From the NCBI GenBank assembly GCA_023819145.1, contig JAMWCW010000004.1, forward strand, positions 9,935-73,934: a DNA stretch of 64,000 nucleotides. Direction: 5' to 3'. The notes under the pieces are model-generated. The model was given only the letters and a program-made list of their open reading frames with translations, had not been told where the DNA came from and searched no databases. Every line of letters begins with the position of its first letter. Within the stretch, counting starts at the first letter, position 1. Position numbers and translations under genes: made by a program. Positions 49,568-58,793 of the stretch are shown here, in pieces. Source of the DNA: Candidatus Omnitrophota bacterium. Lineage in GTDB: Bacteria > Omnitrophota > Gorgyraeia > DTHP01.

Positions 49568-50529
49568 AATATTTTATCCCTTTGCTAAGAATATTGGTAA
49601 GTATTTTTTTTATTGTCGTACTTATATTTATTATGCGTAATAAACTGCATGAATTATCAGTTTATTTAAAACAGACGAAGGCAACATACTTTCTATATGC
49701 GGTATTGTTATTTCTGTTTATCATTGTAATCCTTTCCATTAGGCTAAAGAAAATAATGGAATTTCAAGAACTATCTCTTCCGCTAAGTAACGTTGTATAT
49801 CTAAGCCTCATCGGATTCTTCTTCAATAACTTTCTTCCCACTTCTGTAGCAGGGGACTTTGTTAAAGCCTACTACACTGCACGATATACCAATAGAACGA
49901 TGGAATCTTATACCTCCATTATTGTAGACCGTATTTTTGGCATTTTTGCCTTCGTATTCATAACAGTTATAGCTTTGTTCTTGGCAGATAGAAATATAAA
50001 AAAACCCATAGTAACCAATTCTATAGTAAGCCTTGTTATAATTTCTCTTTGCTTAATATTGGTATTATCAAACGACAATTTTACAAAGCGTTTACATAAA
50101 CTCTTAGAAAAAATAAAACTTCTCACAATAAGCAGTACATTACAGCATTTTTTCAAAACTGTAAGCAGATACAATAAGAATTATAGAATCATATTTTTTG
50201 CATTCTATACTTCTGTGCTTTCCCAAATTATATCTACTTTAGTAGTAGCCATCCTTGCCAAAGGATTGTCTATAGAAATACCTCTGATGTTGTTATTCTT
50301 GACATTGCCTATAATTACTACTGTAAGCATGCTACCTTCTCTCAATGGCCTAGGGATTAGAGAAAGTGCTTATGTATTTTTATTAGGAAATTATATAGGA
50401 AAAGAAAAGGCATTTGCTCTATCTATTCTTTGGTTGGGGATAATACTTTTAGTAAGTTTTTTTGGAGGAATAGCTTATTTATTCAAAGATTTTCTTTTAA
50501 ATAAAAAAGGGGAAGTTAATGTTAGATAA
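49564..50529 (+). CDS. Lysylphosphatidylglycerol synthase TM-region family protein (UPF0104/flippase-like)
   Basis: 321 aa, about 8 TM; N-terminal basic-then-TM pattern (LLRILVSIFFIVVLIF...), central SVAGDFVKAYY... typical of PF03706 members. Confidence 0.6.
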   Translation: MKYFIPLLRILVSIFFIVVLIFIMRNKLHELSVYLKQTKATYFLYAVLLFLFIIVILSIRLKKIMEFQELSLPLSNVVYLSLIGFFFNNFLPTSVAGDFVKAYYTARYTNRTMESYTSIIVDRIFGIFAFVFITVIALFLADRNIKKPIVTNSIVSLVIISLCLILVLSNDNFTKRLHKLLEKIKLLTISSTLQHFFKTVSRYNKNYRIIFFAFYTSVLSQIISTLVVAILAKGLSIEIPLMLLFLTLPIITTVSMLPSLNGLGIRESAYVFLLGNYIGKEKAFALSILWLGIILLVSFFGGIAYLFKDFLLNKKGEVNVR

Positions 50530-50674
50530 AAGATTACTCGAGATACTTGCTTGTCCTTCTTGCAAGGGAGATTTAGAATTAGAAGGAGAAAAAATTGTCT
50601 GTAAAAAATGCAATTTAAAATATCCTATCAGAAACGGAATACCTATAATGTTAATTGAAGAAGCAGAGAAATAG
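50519..50674 (+). CDS. Trm112 family protein (UPF0434/YcaR-like), 51 aa; not in the supplied ORF track
   Basis: MLDKRLLEILACPSCKGDLELEGEKIVCKKCNLKYPIRNGIPIMLIEEAEK: CPxCKG...C..C..YPI.dGIP.ML is the Trm112 signature; overlaps the upstream gene by 11 bp; followed by GGAGGAGG RBS of aroQ. Confidence 0.6.
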   Translation: MLDKRLLEILACPSCKGDLELEGEKIVCKKCNLKYPIRNGIPIMLIEEAEK

Positions 50675-50687
50675 GAGGAGGTAAGAT

Positions 50688-51128
50688 ATGCTTAAAATCT
50701 TAGTTATTCATGGACCGAATCTCAATCTCTTAGGAAAACGCCAACCAGAGATTTATGGAAGATTCAGTATTAAGCAAATCAATGATGCCCTTAGAAAAAT
50801 GGCAAAAGAAAAAAGAGTTAAGTTAGATATAATTCAAACGAACCACGAAGGCGAAATCATAGGAATTATTGGAGAAGCAAAAAAGAGATTTGATGGGCTT
50901 ATAATTAATCCTGCTGCCTATACCCATACAAGTGTAGCCATAAGAGATGCTTTGGAAGCAGTTAAAATTCCCGCGGTAGAAGTCCACCTATCTAATATCT
51001 ACGCTAGAGAAGATTTCCGTCATAAATCGCTCGTTGCTCCAGTTGTCGTTGGACAAATAACTGGCTTCGGTCCACGTAGCTATCTCTTAGCTCTAGAAGC
51101 AATCATTTATCTCATTCAGCAGAAGTAA
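50688..51128 (+). CDS. aroQ: Type II 3-dehydroquinate dehydratase
   Basis: MLKILVIHGPNLNLLGKRQPEIYG...IINPAAYTHTSVAIRDAL; canonical. Confidence 0.95.
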   Translation: MLKILVIHGPNLNLLGKRQPEIYGRFSIKQINDALRKMAKEKRVKLDIIQTNHEGEIIGIIGEAKKRFDGLIINPAAYTHTSVAIRDALEAVKIPAVEVHLSNIYAREDFRHKSLVAPVVVGQITGFGPRSYLLALEAIIYLIQQK

Positions 51129-51148
51129 AATATAAACAAGTCCCCAAA

Positions 51149-52219
51149 ATGAAACGCATTAAAAAAATAGATACCATTTTAGCACAAAAAAAATTAGATG
51201 CCTTTCTGATTACCAAACAGGTAAATGTAGAGTACATCTCTGGTTTTTCAGGCGATGATGCCCTTTTATTAATAGTTCCGGGAAAATTAAATTTAATTAT
51301 TACTGATGGGCGCTTTATTCAAGAAGCTTCTAAATTAACAGACTTCACACCGGAAATAACAAACCAAAAAATAACGGGGTTTCTTGCTTCGAAACTCAGG
51401 AAATTGCATCTTAAACGAGTTGGATTCGAAAGTAATGGTTTAACCTATGGACAATATAATTTATTAAAAGAAGCGTGTTATAAAAACACAGAGTTGATTC
51501 CATTGGATAACATCATTGAAGAAATGCGTATGATTAAAGACAAAGAGGAAATTAGAATAATTAAACAAGCCATAAATATTTCGATTATTGCTTTTGAAAA
51601 TCTTTTTTCAGAATTGACTCCCGGCTATTCAGAAAATACGATTGCTAATCGTTTAGAATACCTAATACGAGCCCAAGGGGCAGAGTGTTCCTCCTTTAAA
51701 ATTATCGTGGCTACCGGTAGTAACACCTCTTATCCCCATGCAGTCCCCAGCTCTAAGAAATGGAGGATAGAAGAACCTCTTCTTATCGATTGGGGAGCCC
51801 GGCTAAAAGGATATAATTGCGACTTGACAAGGACGATATTTTCTTATAAAATTAACCCTATTCATAAAAGGATTTATAAAATTCTATCCGAGGTACAGGA
51901 AAAAGCAATTTCTTTTATAAAACCAGGAATAGAAGCAAGAAGAATTGATATCCTTATCCGAAAATATCTCAAAAAATATAAAATAGATAAGCTTTTTCTC
52001 CATAGTTCAGGTCATGGAGTAGGTAAAGAAGTTCACGAACCTCCATGGATTTCGCAACAAAACGAAACAGTATTGAGAGAAAATATGTTATTTACGATAG
52101 AGCCAGGAATATATTTAAAGGGTAAATATGGTATGCGCATAGAAGACATGGTATGGGTCAGATCGCATGGTTGCGAAATCATCAGCAGTAAATTAAAAAA
52201 AATATATATTAAGGAATAA
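51149..52219 (+). CDS. pepP: Xaa-Pro aminopeptidase (M24B family)
   Basis: 356 aa; creatinase-like N-domain plus pita-bread fold with a His/Asp/Glu metal-ligand pattern (HSSGHGVGKEVHE...FTIEPGIY...MRIED). Confidence 0.85.
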   Translation: MKRIKKIDTILAQKKLDAFLITKQVNVEYISGFSGDDALLLIVPGKLNLIITDGRFIQEASKLTDFTPEITNQKITGFLASKLRKLHLKRVGFESNGLTYGQYNLLKEACYKNTELIPLDNIIEEMRMIKDKEEIRIIKQAINISIIAFENLFSELTPGYSENTIANRLEYLIRAQGAECSSFKIIVATGSNTSYPHAVPSSKKWRIEEPLLIDWGARLKGYNCDLTRTIFSYKINPIHKRIYKILSEVQEKAISFIKPGIEARRIDILIRKYLKKYKIDKLFLHSSGHGVGKEVHEPPWISQQNETVLRENMLFTIEPGIYLKGKYGMRIEDMVWVRSHGCEIISSKLKKIYIKE

Positions 52220-52780
52220 ATGATTAATACAAACCAATTCAAAACAGGGTTAACTTTATTAATTGAAGGAGAGGTATATTCTATAGTTGACTACGAACAT
52301 GTAAAACCCGGTAAAGGAAGCGCCTTTGTAAGAACAAAACTCCGTAATCTAAAAACCCAAGCAGTGATAGAAAGAACTTACAGAGCAGGAGAGAAATTTG
52401 AAGAAGCATTTGTGGAAGAAAAAAAACTGAATTTCTTATATCGCTCAGGAGACCTTTTCTATTTCATGGACGAAGAAACCTATGAGCAGAAAGCAATTAC
52501 CAAAGATGAATTAAAAGATAGTATAAATTATATAAAAGAGAACACGCCGGTTAGCGTGTCTTACTTTGACAACAAAATCATCTCGGTAAACCCTCCTAAT
52601 TTTGTAGAACTAAAGGTAATTTATACGGAACCGGGAATAAAAGGTGATACCGCAAAATCCACTTACAAACCCGCTACTTTGGAAACAGGATACATCATAC
52701 AAGTTCCTCTTTTTATTCAGAACGGCGATATCGTCAAAGTTGATACTCGAACAGGAGAATATGTAGCCAGAATAGGCTAA
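52220..52780 (+). CDS. efp: Elongation factor P
   Basis: 186 aa; ...EHVKPGKGSAFVRTKLRNLKT...; KPGKG loop carrying the modified Lys. Confidence 0.95.
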   Translation: MINTNQFKTGLTLLIEGEVYSIVDYEHVKPGKGSAFVRTKLRNLKTQAVIERTYRAGEKFEEAFVEEKKLNFLYRSGDLFYFMDEETYEQKAITKDELKDSINYIKENTPVSVSYFDNKIISVNPPNFVELKVIYTEPGIKGDTAKSTYKPATLETGYIIQVPLFIQNGDIVKVDTRTGEYVARIG

Positions 52781-52809
52781 ATTTTGTATCAAAAAAGGAG
52801 AGGGAAGAA

Positions 52810-53271
52810 ATGGACATTAAGGAAATTAAAGAACTAATTGCGTTAATGAACGAACATAACCTTCTCGAGATAGAGATAGAAAAAGAAGGGAAAAAAATCC
52901 GTCTGAAAAAAGATTCTTTGCATGGTCCCACTAATAATGTAGTAATGAAAGAAACGTTACAAAAATCAGCACATAACAATTTTTTAGCTAACAACGCTTC
53001 AAAAATGGAAATGCCTATTTCAACATCAAAGATTGTACAAGTCAAATCTCCAATGATTGGAACATTCTATCGCGCTCCCCATCCAGATTCTCCACCTTTT
53101 GTAGAAATAGGAGATATTGTAGAACCTGGACAAGTAATCTGTATTATAGAAGCAATGAAATTGATGAATGAAATAAAGGCTGAGATAAAAGGAAAAATTT
53201 CTGAAATATTGATAAATAACGGCGATCCAGTCGAATTTGGACAACCATTATTCTTAATTGAACAGATATAG
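52810..53271 (+). CDS. accB: Acetyl-CoA carboxylase biotin carboxyl carrier protein
   Basis: 153 aa; C-terminal biotinyl domain with the EAMKLMNEI biotinylation motif. Confidence 0.95.
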   Translation: MDIKEIKELIALMNEHNLLEIEIEKEGKKIRLKKDSLHGPTNNVVMKETLQKSAHNNFLANNASKMEMPISTSKIVQVKSPMIGTFYRAPHPDSPPFVEIGDIVEPGQVICIIEAMKLMNEIKAEIKGKISEILINNGDPVEFGQPLFLIEQI

Positions 53272-54624
53272 ATGTTTTCAAAAATCTTAATTGCCAATCG
53301 AGGAGAAATTGCCCTGAGGATAATTCGTGCCTGCAAAGAGATGGGAATACGTACTGTCGCAGTTTACTCCGAAGCAGATGCGGATGCCCTACATACGAGG
53401 CTTGCCGACGAAGCAATATGCATAGGTCCTGCCAACCCGAAAGAAAGCTATCTCAACATACCAAATATCATCTCAGCAGCGGAGATAACTGATGTGGAAG
53501 CAATACATCCCGGTTACGGTTTCCTAGCAGAAAATGCACATTTCGCAGAGATTTGTCAATCCTGCCAAATTACGTTTATTGGACCAACTTCTGACAACAT
53601 CCGTCTTATGGGAGATAAATTATTAGCAAAAGAGACAATACGAAAAGCAGGAATCCCTGTTCTTCCAGGAAGTTTTGGTGTAGTAAAAAATAAAGAGGAT
53701 GCGTTAAAAACTGCTCAACAGATAAAATATCCGGTGATAATAAAATCAGCTGGTGGAGGTGGTGGAAGAGGTATGCGCATCTGTCATAACGACATACGTC
53801 TCGTAAGCTCCCTCTTAACCTGCAAAACCGAATCTGAAGCTTCTTTCGGTAGAGCAGATGTCTATATTGAGAAATATATTCCCCGCGCACGCCATATAGA
53901 AGTTCAGATACTGGCTGATAAATATGGAAAAGTAATTTATCTTGGAGAAAGAGAATGTAGCATACAAAGACGCTATCAAAAACTAATTGAAGAATCCCCT
54001 TCCCCAGTCATCACTCATAAAATGCGTAAAAAACTAGGAGAGTGGGCAGTAAAAGGAGCAAAAGCAATAAATTACACTAACGTCGGAACGATGGAATTCT
54101 TACTTGACGAAGAAGGTAATTTTTATTTTATGGAAATGAATACAAGAATCCAAGTTGAACATCCGGTAACGGAGATGGTAACCGGTATAGATATAGTAAA
54201 AGAGCAGATTAAATTGGCTGCAGGCGAAAAACTGAATCTTAAACAGGATGATTTAAGAATAAACGGATGGGCAATAGAATGTCGAATAAATGCAGAAGAT
54301 CCGGATAACAATTTCTTACCATCACCAGGTAGAATTAATACCTACATTCCACCAGGTGGTTTCGGAGTCAGGATAGATAGTACGGTCTATCCCGGCTACG
54401 ATGTACCTCCTAACTACGACCCACTATTAGCAAAATTGATTGTCCATGGTAAAACACGTATAGAGACGATAAAAATTATGCAACGGGCTTTAGAGGAATT
54501 TACTATAGAACCTATTAAAACCACCTTGCCTTTTTACCGAACTGTTTTTTCAAATCCAGAATTCATGGAAGGGAAATTCTACACAGATTTTGTAAACAAG
54601 TTATTAGGAATGGAGGCGGAATGA
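53272..54624 (+). CDS. accC: Acetyl-CoA carboxylase biotin carboxylase subunit
   Basis: 450 aa; ATP-grasp; [26 protein letters not shown]...[14 protein letters not shown]. Confidence 0.95.
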   Translation: MFSKILIANRGEIALRIIRACKEMGIRTVAVYSEADADALHTRLADEAICIGPANPKESYLNIPNIISAAEITDVEAIHPGYGFLAENAHFAEICQSCQITFIGPTSDNIRLMGDKLLAKETIRKAGIPVLPGSFGVVKNKEDALKTAQQIKYPVIIKSAGGGGGRGMRICHNDIRLVSSLLTCKTESEASFGRADVYIEKYIPRARHIEVQILADKYGKVIYLGERECSIQRRYQKLIEESPSPVITHKMRKKLGEWAVKGAKAINYTNVGTMEFLLDEEGNFYFMEMNTRIQVEHPVTEMVTGIDIVKEQIKLAAGEKLNLKQDDLRINGWAIECRINAEDPDNNFLPSPGRINTYIPPGGFGVRIDSTVYPGYDVPPNYDPLLAKLIVHGKTRIETIKIMQRALEEFTIEPIKTTLPFYRTVFSNPEFMEGKFYTDFVNKLLGMEAE

Positions 54625-55004
54625 AGAAAAAAATATTTTGGAGTCTACACGAGGAAGAAACCAAAGACGAACATGGTTTTCTAAAAATAAACAATAAAGT
54701 AATCGCCTCTATAGCCCATATTGCTGCTTTAGAAGTTGGAGGAGTTGCGAGGATAGGAAAAAACATTTTACATAATATAAAGGCACTTTTATCTAGAAAG
54801 TTATATCATCGTGGAGTATTTGTGGAATTCAATAATGAGAATGAGTTAATAATCACTTTATACATCGTTGCAGAATACGGCGCTAATCTCTCAGAGCTGG
54901 CAAATGGAGTACAGCATAGTGTGCGTTCGGCTTTAGAAAAGATGGCGGATATAATCCCTTCGGAAGTAAATGTAGTAATTCAAAAAGTAGAAAAACACAA
55001 ATAA
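54621..55004 (+). CDS. Asp23/Gls24 family envelope stress response protein
   Basis: 127 aa; ...[18 protein letters not shown]... Asp23 core. Confidence 0.85.
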   Translation: MKKKIFWSLHEEETKDEHGFLKINNKVIASIAHIAALEVGGVARIGKNILHNIKALLSRKLYHRGVFVEFNNENELIITLYIVAEYGANLSELANGVQHSVRSALEKMADIIPSEVNVVIQKVEKHK

Positions 55005-55037
55005 ATTTCTCATCAGAAGAAAGGGGAGGGTAATAAA

Positions 55038-55631
55038 ATGAGAATATTTAAAAAATTGTTTATCCTAATTGTAGGACTGTTTTTTGTTATCCTAAGTTTA
55101 TTTGTTATCGCTATTTCTCTAAGAATAATTTCTTCACAAGACATAGCAGCTATTATTGAACTAGTTGGGAGTAATTATAAACTTCGTCTATCTTTAGGTA
55201 TTATCGGATGCGTCTTGATGGTATTCAGTTTTTTAGGTATACAGTTAACTTTAGGAAGATTACAAAGGGAAAAAACTATCGCCTTTACTAACCCAGATGG
55301 CCAAGTTACAGTTTCTTTACATGCCATAGAAGATTTCATACACAAAGTTGTCCGTGGTATTGAAGAAGTAAAAGAGTTAAGAGCAGATGTTGTGGCTACA
55401 AAAAAAGGAATTTATATCAACGCAAAAGTAGTGCTCTGGGAAAACACAGATATACCAGCAACAACTGAGAAAATTCAGCAACTTATAAAAATGAGACTTC
55501 AGGAAATGTTGAGCATCGAAGAATCGATACATATTCGTATCCATGTAGTAAAAATATCAGAAAGACAAACCACTTCAACAAAAGAACAAATACCGGATAT
55601 TCCTTTTAGAAACTATGATTATAAAAAATAA
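55038..55631 (+). CDS. Alkaline shock response membrane anchor protein AmaP-like
   Basis: 197 aa; two N-terminal TM helices then an Asp23-like soluble domain; directly follows asp23, as in described asp23-amaP pairs. Confidence 0.6.
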   Translation: MRIFKKLFILIVGLFFVILSLFVIAISLRIISSQDIAAIIELVGSNYKLRLSLGIIGCVLMVFSFLGIQLTLGRLQREKTIAFTNPDGQVTVSLHAIEDFIHKVVRGIEEVKELRADVVATKKGIYINAKVVLWENTDIPATTEKIQQLIKMRLQEMLSIEESIHIRIHVVKISERQTTSTKEQIPDIPFRNYDYKK

Positions 55632-55640
55632 GAAAGGGGG

Positions 55641-56672
55641 ATGAAGATGCGCATAGGAATTCTAACTGGCGGTGGTGACTGTCCGGGATTAAATCCAGTG
55701 ATTCGCGCCGTGGTAAGAAAAGCCCTAAATGAAGGATATGAAGTAATTGGCATCAAAAATGGCTGGAAAGGAATGATTGAGAAAGACGTAATTACCTTAG
55801 ATCTTCATTCGATATCAGGAATACTTCCTAAAGGAGGAACGATATTAGGAACTTCGCGTACTAATCCTTTCAAGAAACCCGAGGATGTAAAAAAAGTTAT
55901 TGAGAATTACAAAAATCTTGGTCTAAATGCCCTCGTGGCAGTAGGGGGAGAAGATACGTTGGGGGTAGCCTACAAATTAACAAAAGAAGGAATAAATATC
56001 GTTGGCGTTCCTAAAACCATAGACAATGATCTCTCTGCTACAGATTATACATTTGGTTTTGATACTGCTGTGAATATTGCTACCGAATGCATAGATCGTC
56101 TTCATACTACTGCGGAAAGCCACCACCGGATTATTGTAGTAGAAGTAATGGGCCGTCACGCAGGGTGGATTGCGGTAGAAGCAGGTATTGCTGGAGGAGC
56201 AGATGTGGTTCTTATTCCTGAAGTTCCTATAAACATAGACGAAGTATGTACTCTCATAAAAAAGAGGCATAGCAGAGGGAAAACATTTAGCATCGTGGTA
56301 GTGGCAGAAGGAGCAAAATTTGAAGAAAGCCAGATAACCACCCAGAAAGAAAAAATAGATGAATTCGGACATGTGAGATTAGGTGGAGTAGGGGAGCTAT
56401 TAGGAGAAATAATAGAGCATAAAACAGGTTTTGAAACAAGAGTAGTAATACTTGGACACCTACAGCGAGGAGGAACCCCTACTGCCTTTGATAGGGTATT
56501 AGGCACGCGTTTTGGTATAAAGGCTGTAGAGCTTATTATAAAAGGAGAATTTGGAAAGATGGTTAGCCTCCAGGGAAACAGAATAGTAAGTGTTCCTTTA
56601 GAAAGAGCTGTAGAGAAATTAAAAACAGTAGATATGGAACTTTACGAAATTGCGAAAACATTCTTTGGTTAA
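55641..56672 (+). CDS. pfk: 6-phosphofructokinase, probably pyrophosphate-dependent type
   Basis: 343 aa; GGGDCPGLN; GGEDT has Asp at the position of E. coli Gly104, and PKTIDND has Lys at the position of Gly124; these two residues are the published PPi-PFK signature. Confidence 0.85.
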   Translation: MKMRIGILTGGGDCPGLNPVIRAVVRKALNEGYEVIGIKNGWKGMIEKDVITLDLHSISGILPKGGTILGTSRTNPFKKPEDVKKVIENYKNLGLNALVAVGGEDTLGVAYKLTKEGINIVGVPKTIDNDLSATDYTFGFDTAVNIATECIDRLHTTAESHHRIIVVEVMGRHAGWIAVEAGIAGGADVVLIPEVPINIDEVCTLIKKRHSRGKTFSIVVVAEGAKFEESQITTQKEKIDEFGHVRLGGVGELLGEIIEHKTGFETRVVILGHLQRGGTPTAFDRVLGTRFGIKAVELIIKGEFGKMVSLQGNRIVSVPLERAVEKLKTVDMELYEIAKTFFG

Positions 56673-56674
56673 TT

Positions 56675-57253
56675 ATGAAAAAAAATAGAGAAAAAATATC
56701 CCTCTGGATAAAAGATTCAATAGAGCTAAAAGATAAAATCCTCAAGGAGCAAATAAATAATATATCAGAGATAGGCAATATAATGATCTCTTGTTTAAGA
56801 AAAGGGGGGAAGATAATTTTCTTTGGCAACGGCGGAAGCGCCGCTGATGCACAACACATTGCCGCAGAATTAGTTGGCAGATTCAGACGAGAAAGAAAGG
56901 CATTATCCGCCATATCTCTCACTACGGACACTTCAGTAATTACTGCTATTGCTAATGACTATAACTTCAAGGATATTTTTGTGCGCCAACTCCAAGCAAT
57001 AGCCAAAAAAGGAGACGTCGCTTTCGGAATTTCTACAAGCGGAAACTCCGATAATGTTTTTGAAGGACTAATTATCGCAAAACATCTGGGTTTGACTACT
57101 GTTTCGCTGACTGGTAAAAATGGAGGTAAAATTGCCCGTATTAGTGACTACAATATAAATATCCCCTCGGAACACACCGCCCATATACAAGAAGCACACA
57201 TTACCATAGGACACATCCTTTGTGAGTTGATTGAGGAAAATTTTGTTAAATGA
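56675..57253 (+). CDS. gmhA: D-sedoheptulose 7-phosphate isomerase (SIS domain)
   Basis: 192 aa; ...KIIFFGNGGSAADAQHIAAELVGRF...GISTSGNS... Confidence 0.9.
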   Translation: MKKNREKISLWIKDSIELKDKILKEQINNISEIGNIMISCLRKGGKIIFFGNGGSAADAQHIAAELVGRFRRERKALSAISLTTDTSVITAIANDYNFKDIFVRQLQAIAKKGDVAFGISTSGNSDNVFEGLIIAKHLGLTTVSLTGKNGGKIARISDYNINIPSEHTAHIQEAHITIGHILCELIEENFVK

Positions 57254-57795
57254 TTACAAACAAATTAAAGACACTTGCCCAGATAAATAGATTGGTCTCC
57301 GTTCTGAGAAAAAGAAATAAAAAAATCGTTTTCACTAATGGATGTTTTGACATTCTTCACTACGGACATCTTAAATATCTGGAAGAGGCAAAAAAAAATG
57401 GAGATATTTTAATAGTAGGAGTCAATACTGATTCTTCAGTAAAGGCCCTAAAAGGAAAATCTCGTCCCATTAATAAGTGCAGAGACAGAATTGCACTATT
57501 GGCGGGCTTGGAATGTGTAGATTACTGCTTGGCCTTCAAAGAAAAAACACCTATAAAAATTATAAAAGTAATAAAACCCGATATTTTGGTTAAAGGAAGC
57601 GATTGGAAAAAAGAAGATATAGTAGGATATAAATTTGTTACTGCTTACGGAGGAAAAGTAAAAACAATTAAATTTGAAAAAGGTTATTCAACAACTAATA
57701 TTATAAAGAAGATTATAGACAATGAAAAAAAAGAATTTACTTCGCATACTGGATGCAAACATAAATCGGACAAAGGAAGGACTGCGTGTATGTGA
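57250..57795 (+). CDS. D-glycero-beta-D-manno-heptose 1-phosphate adenylyltransferase (RfaE/HldE domain II only)
   Basis: KIVFTNGCFDILHYGHLKYLEEAKKNGDILIVGVNTDSSVKALKG..RPIN, a cytidylyltransferase-like HxGH motif; the last ~20 codons of the ORF overlap the next gene. Confidence 0.85.
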   Translation: MITNKLKTLAQINRLVSVLRKRNKKIVFTNGCFDILHYGHLKYLEEAKKNGDILIVGVNTDSSVKALKGKSRPINKCRDRIALLAGLECVDYCLAFKEKTPIKIIKVIKPDILVKGSDWKKEDIVGYKFVTAYGGKVKTIKFEKGYSTTNIIKKIIDNEKKEFTSHTGCKHKSDKGRTACM

Positions 57796-58162
57796 GGATA
57801 TCCTGCGGTTTTTAATCGCTAAGAAAGAACTCACCTTTTCCTTTAAAAGATTACGCCATCAGATAAATAAAGTTTTAGAAAAATATAGTTTTTTATCAAA
57901 GAAAGCTTTGCTCAAATATAGGAGTCCGCGATACGATGTAGGAAGGAATCTAAATAGTGAAAGAATTAAAAAGAATATCGTTGATTTATTCTTTGCTAAC
58001 ATACAAAGAGTGGAAGAGGCTTTAAGGGTATTAGAAGAGCTTTCAAAAATATTCGATCAAAAAACAGAAGCTGAATTTAGAAGATTGAGATTTCGTACAT
58101 ACTATTTAGAAAAAAAAGCATCGAAATTTATCTTACGCTATGAGGGGAAAAAACATTTTTAG
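57722..58162 (+). CDS. Hypothetical protein of unknown domain family, encoded immediately upstream of and overlapping thiE (possibly a detached ThiE N-terminal/accessory domain)
   Basis: 146 aa; MKKKNLLRILDANINRTKEGLRVCEDILRF...IQRVEEALRVLEELSKIF; predicted all-helical; both neighbouring genes overlap its ends. Confidence 0.4.
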   Translation: MKKKNLLRILDANINRTKEGLRVCEDILRFLIAKKELTFSFKRLRHQINKVLEKYSFLSKKALLKYRSPRYDVGRNLNSERIKKNIVDLFFANIQRVEEALRVLEELSKIFDQKTEAEFRRLRFRTYYLEKKASKFILRYEGKKHF

Positions 58163-58793
58163 ACACTCTTTGTATGCTATCCTCGATTTAGATTTACCAT
58201 ATTTAAAGAAAGACCCTTTTTCTTTAACCAAAGATTTGATTTGTGGAGGAATAGACATATTGCAACTTAGGGCAAAATCGTTATCCGGGAATTATCTGGT
58301 TGACATAGGAATGAAAATTAAAAAGATCACCAAGAAGAAAAAGGTAATTTTTATAATTAATGACCGAGTAGACATTGCTAAAGCGATAGATGCAGACGGA
58401 GTCCACTTGGGCCAAGAAGATCTGCCTGTAAATTTAGCCAGGAGAATTTTAGGGAAAAACAAAATTATTGGTCTTTCTACTCATAACCTATACCAAGCCA
58501 AGAGAGCTCAGTTACAAGATATTGACTATATAAGCGTAGGGCCTGTTTTTAAAAGCCCTACCAAACCAAATCTTAAACCTTTAGGGATAGAAACCTTAAG
58601 AAAAATAATAGAAATTGTTAACCTCCCTATTGTAGCCATAGGCGGGATCAATTTAAGAAATATCCAACTTGTCCTCTCATCGGGTGTAGAATCGATTGCT
58701 TTAATCAGCGCTATATTAAGAACCAGAGAAATTGTCAGTAAGGTTAAATTATTCAAGCGGTTAATAACCAATTCTGCATATGGAAATTTATAA
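58140..58793 (+). CDS. thiE: Thiamine-phosphate synthase
   Basis: 217 aa; ...LYAILDLDL...GGIDILQLRAKS...DGVHLGQEDLPV...SVGPVFKSPTKP...VAIGGI. Confidence 0.9.
   Translation: MRGKNIFRHSLYAILDLDLPYLKKDPFSLTKDLICGGIDILQLRAKSLSGNYLVDIGMKIKKITKKKKVIFIINDRVDIAKAIDADGVHLGQEDLPVNLARRILGKNKIIGLSTHNLYQAKRAQLQDIDYISVGPVFKSPTKPNLKPLGIETLRKIIEIVNLPIVAIGGINLRNIQLVLSSGVESIALISAILRTREIVSKVKLFKRLITNSAYGNL

Noticed and set aside
55977-56931. Antisense ORFs (116-131 aa) opposite pfk and gmhA
   Set aside because: They overlap well-supported sense genes, are Cys/Ser-rich low-complexity translations and show no family resemblance.
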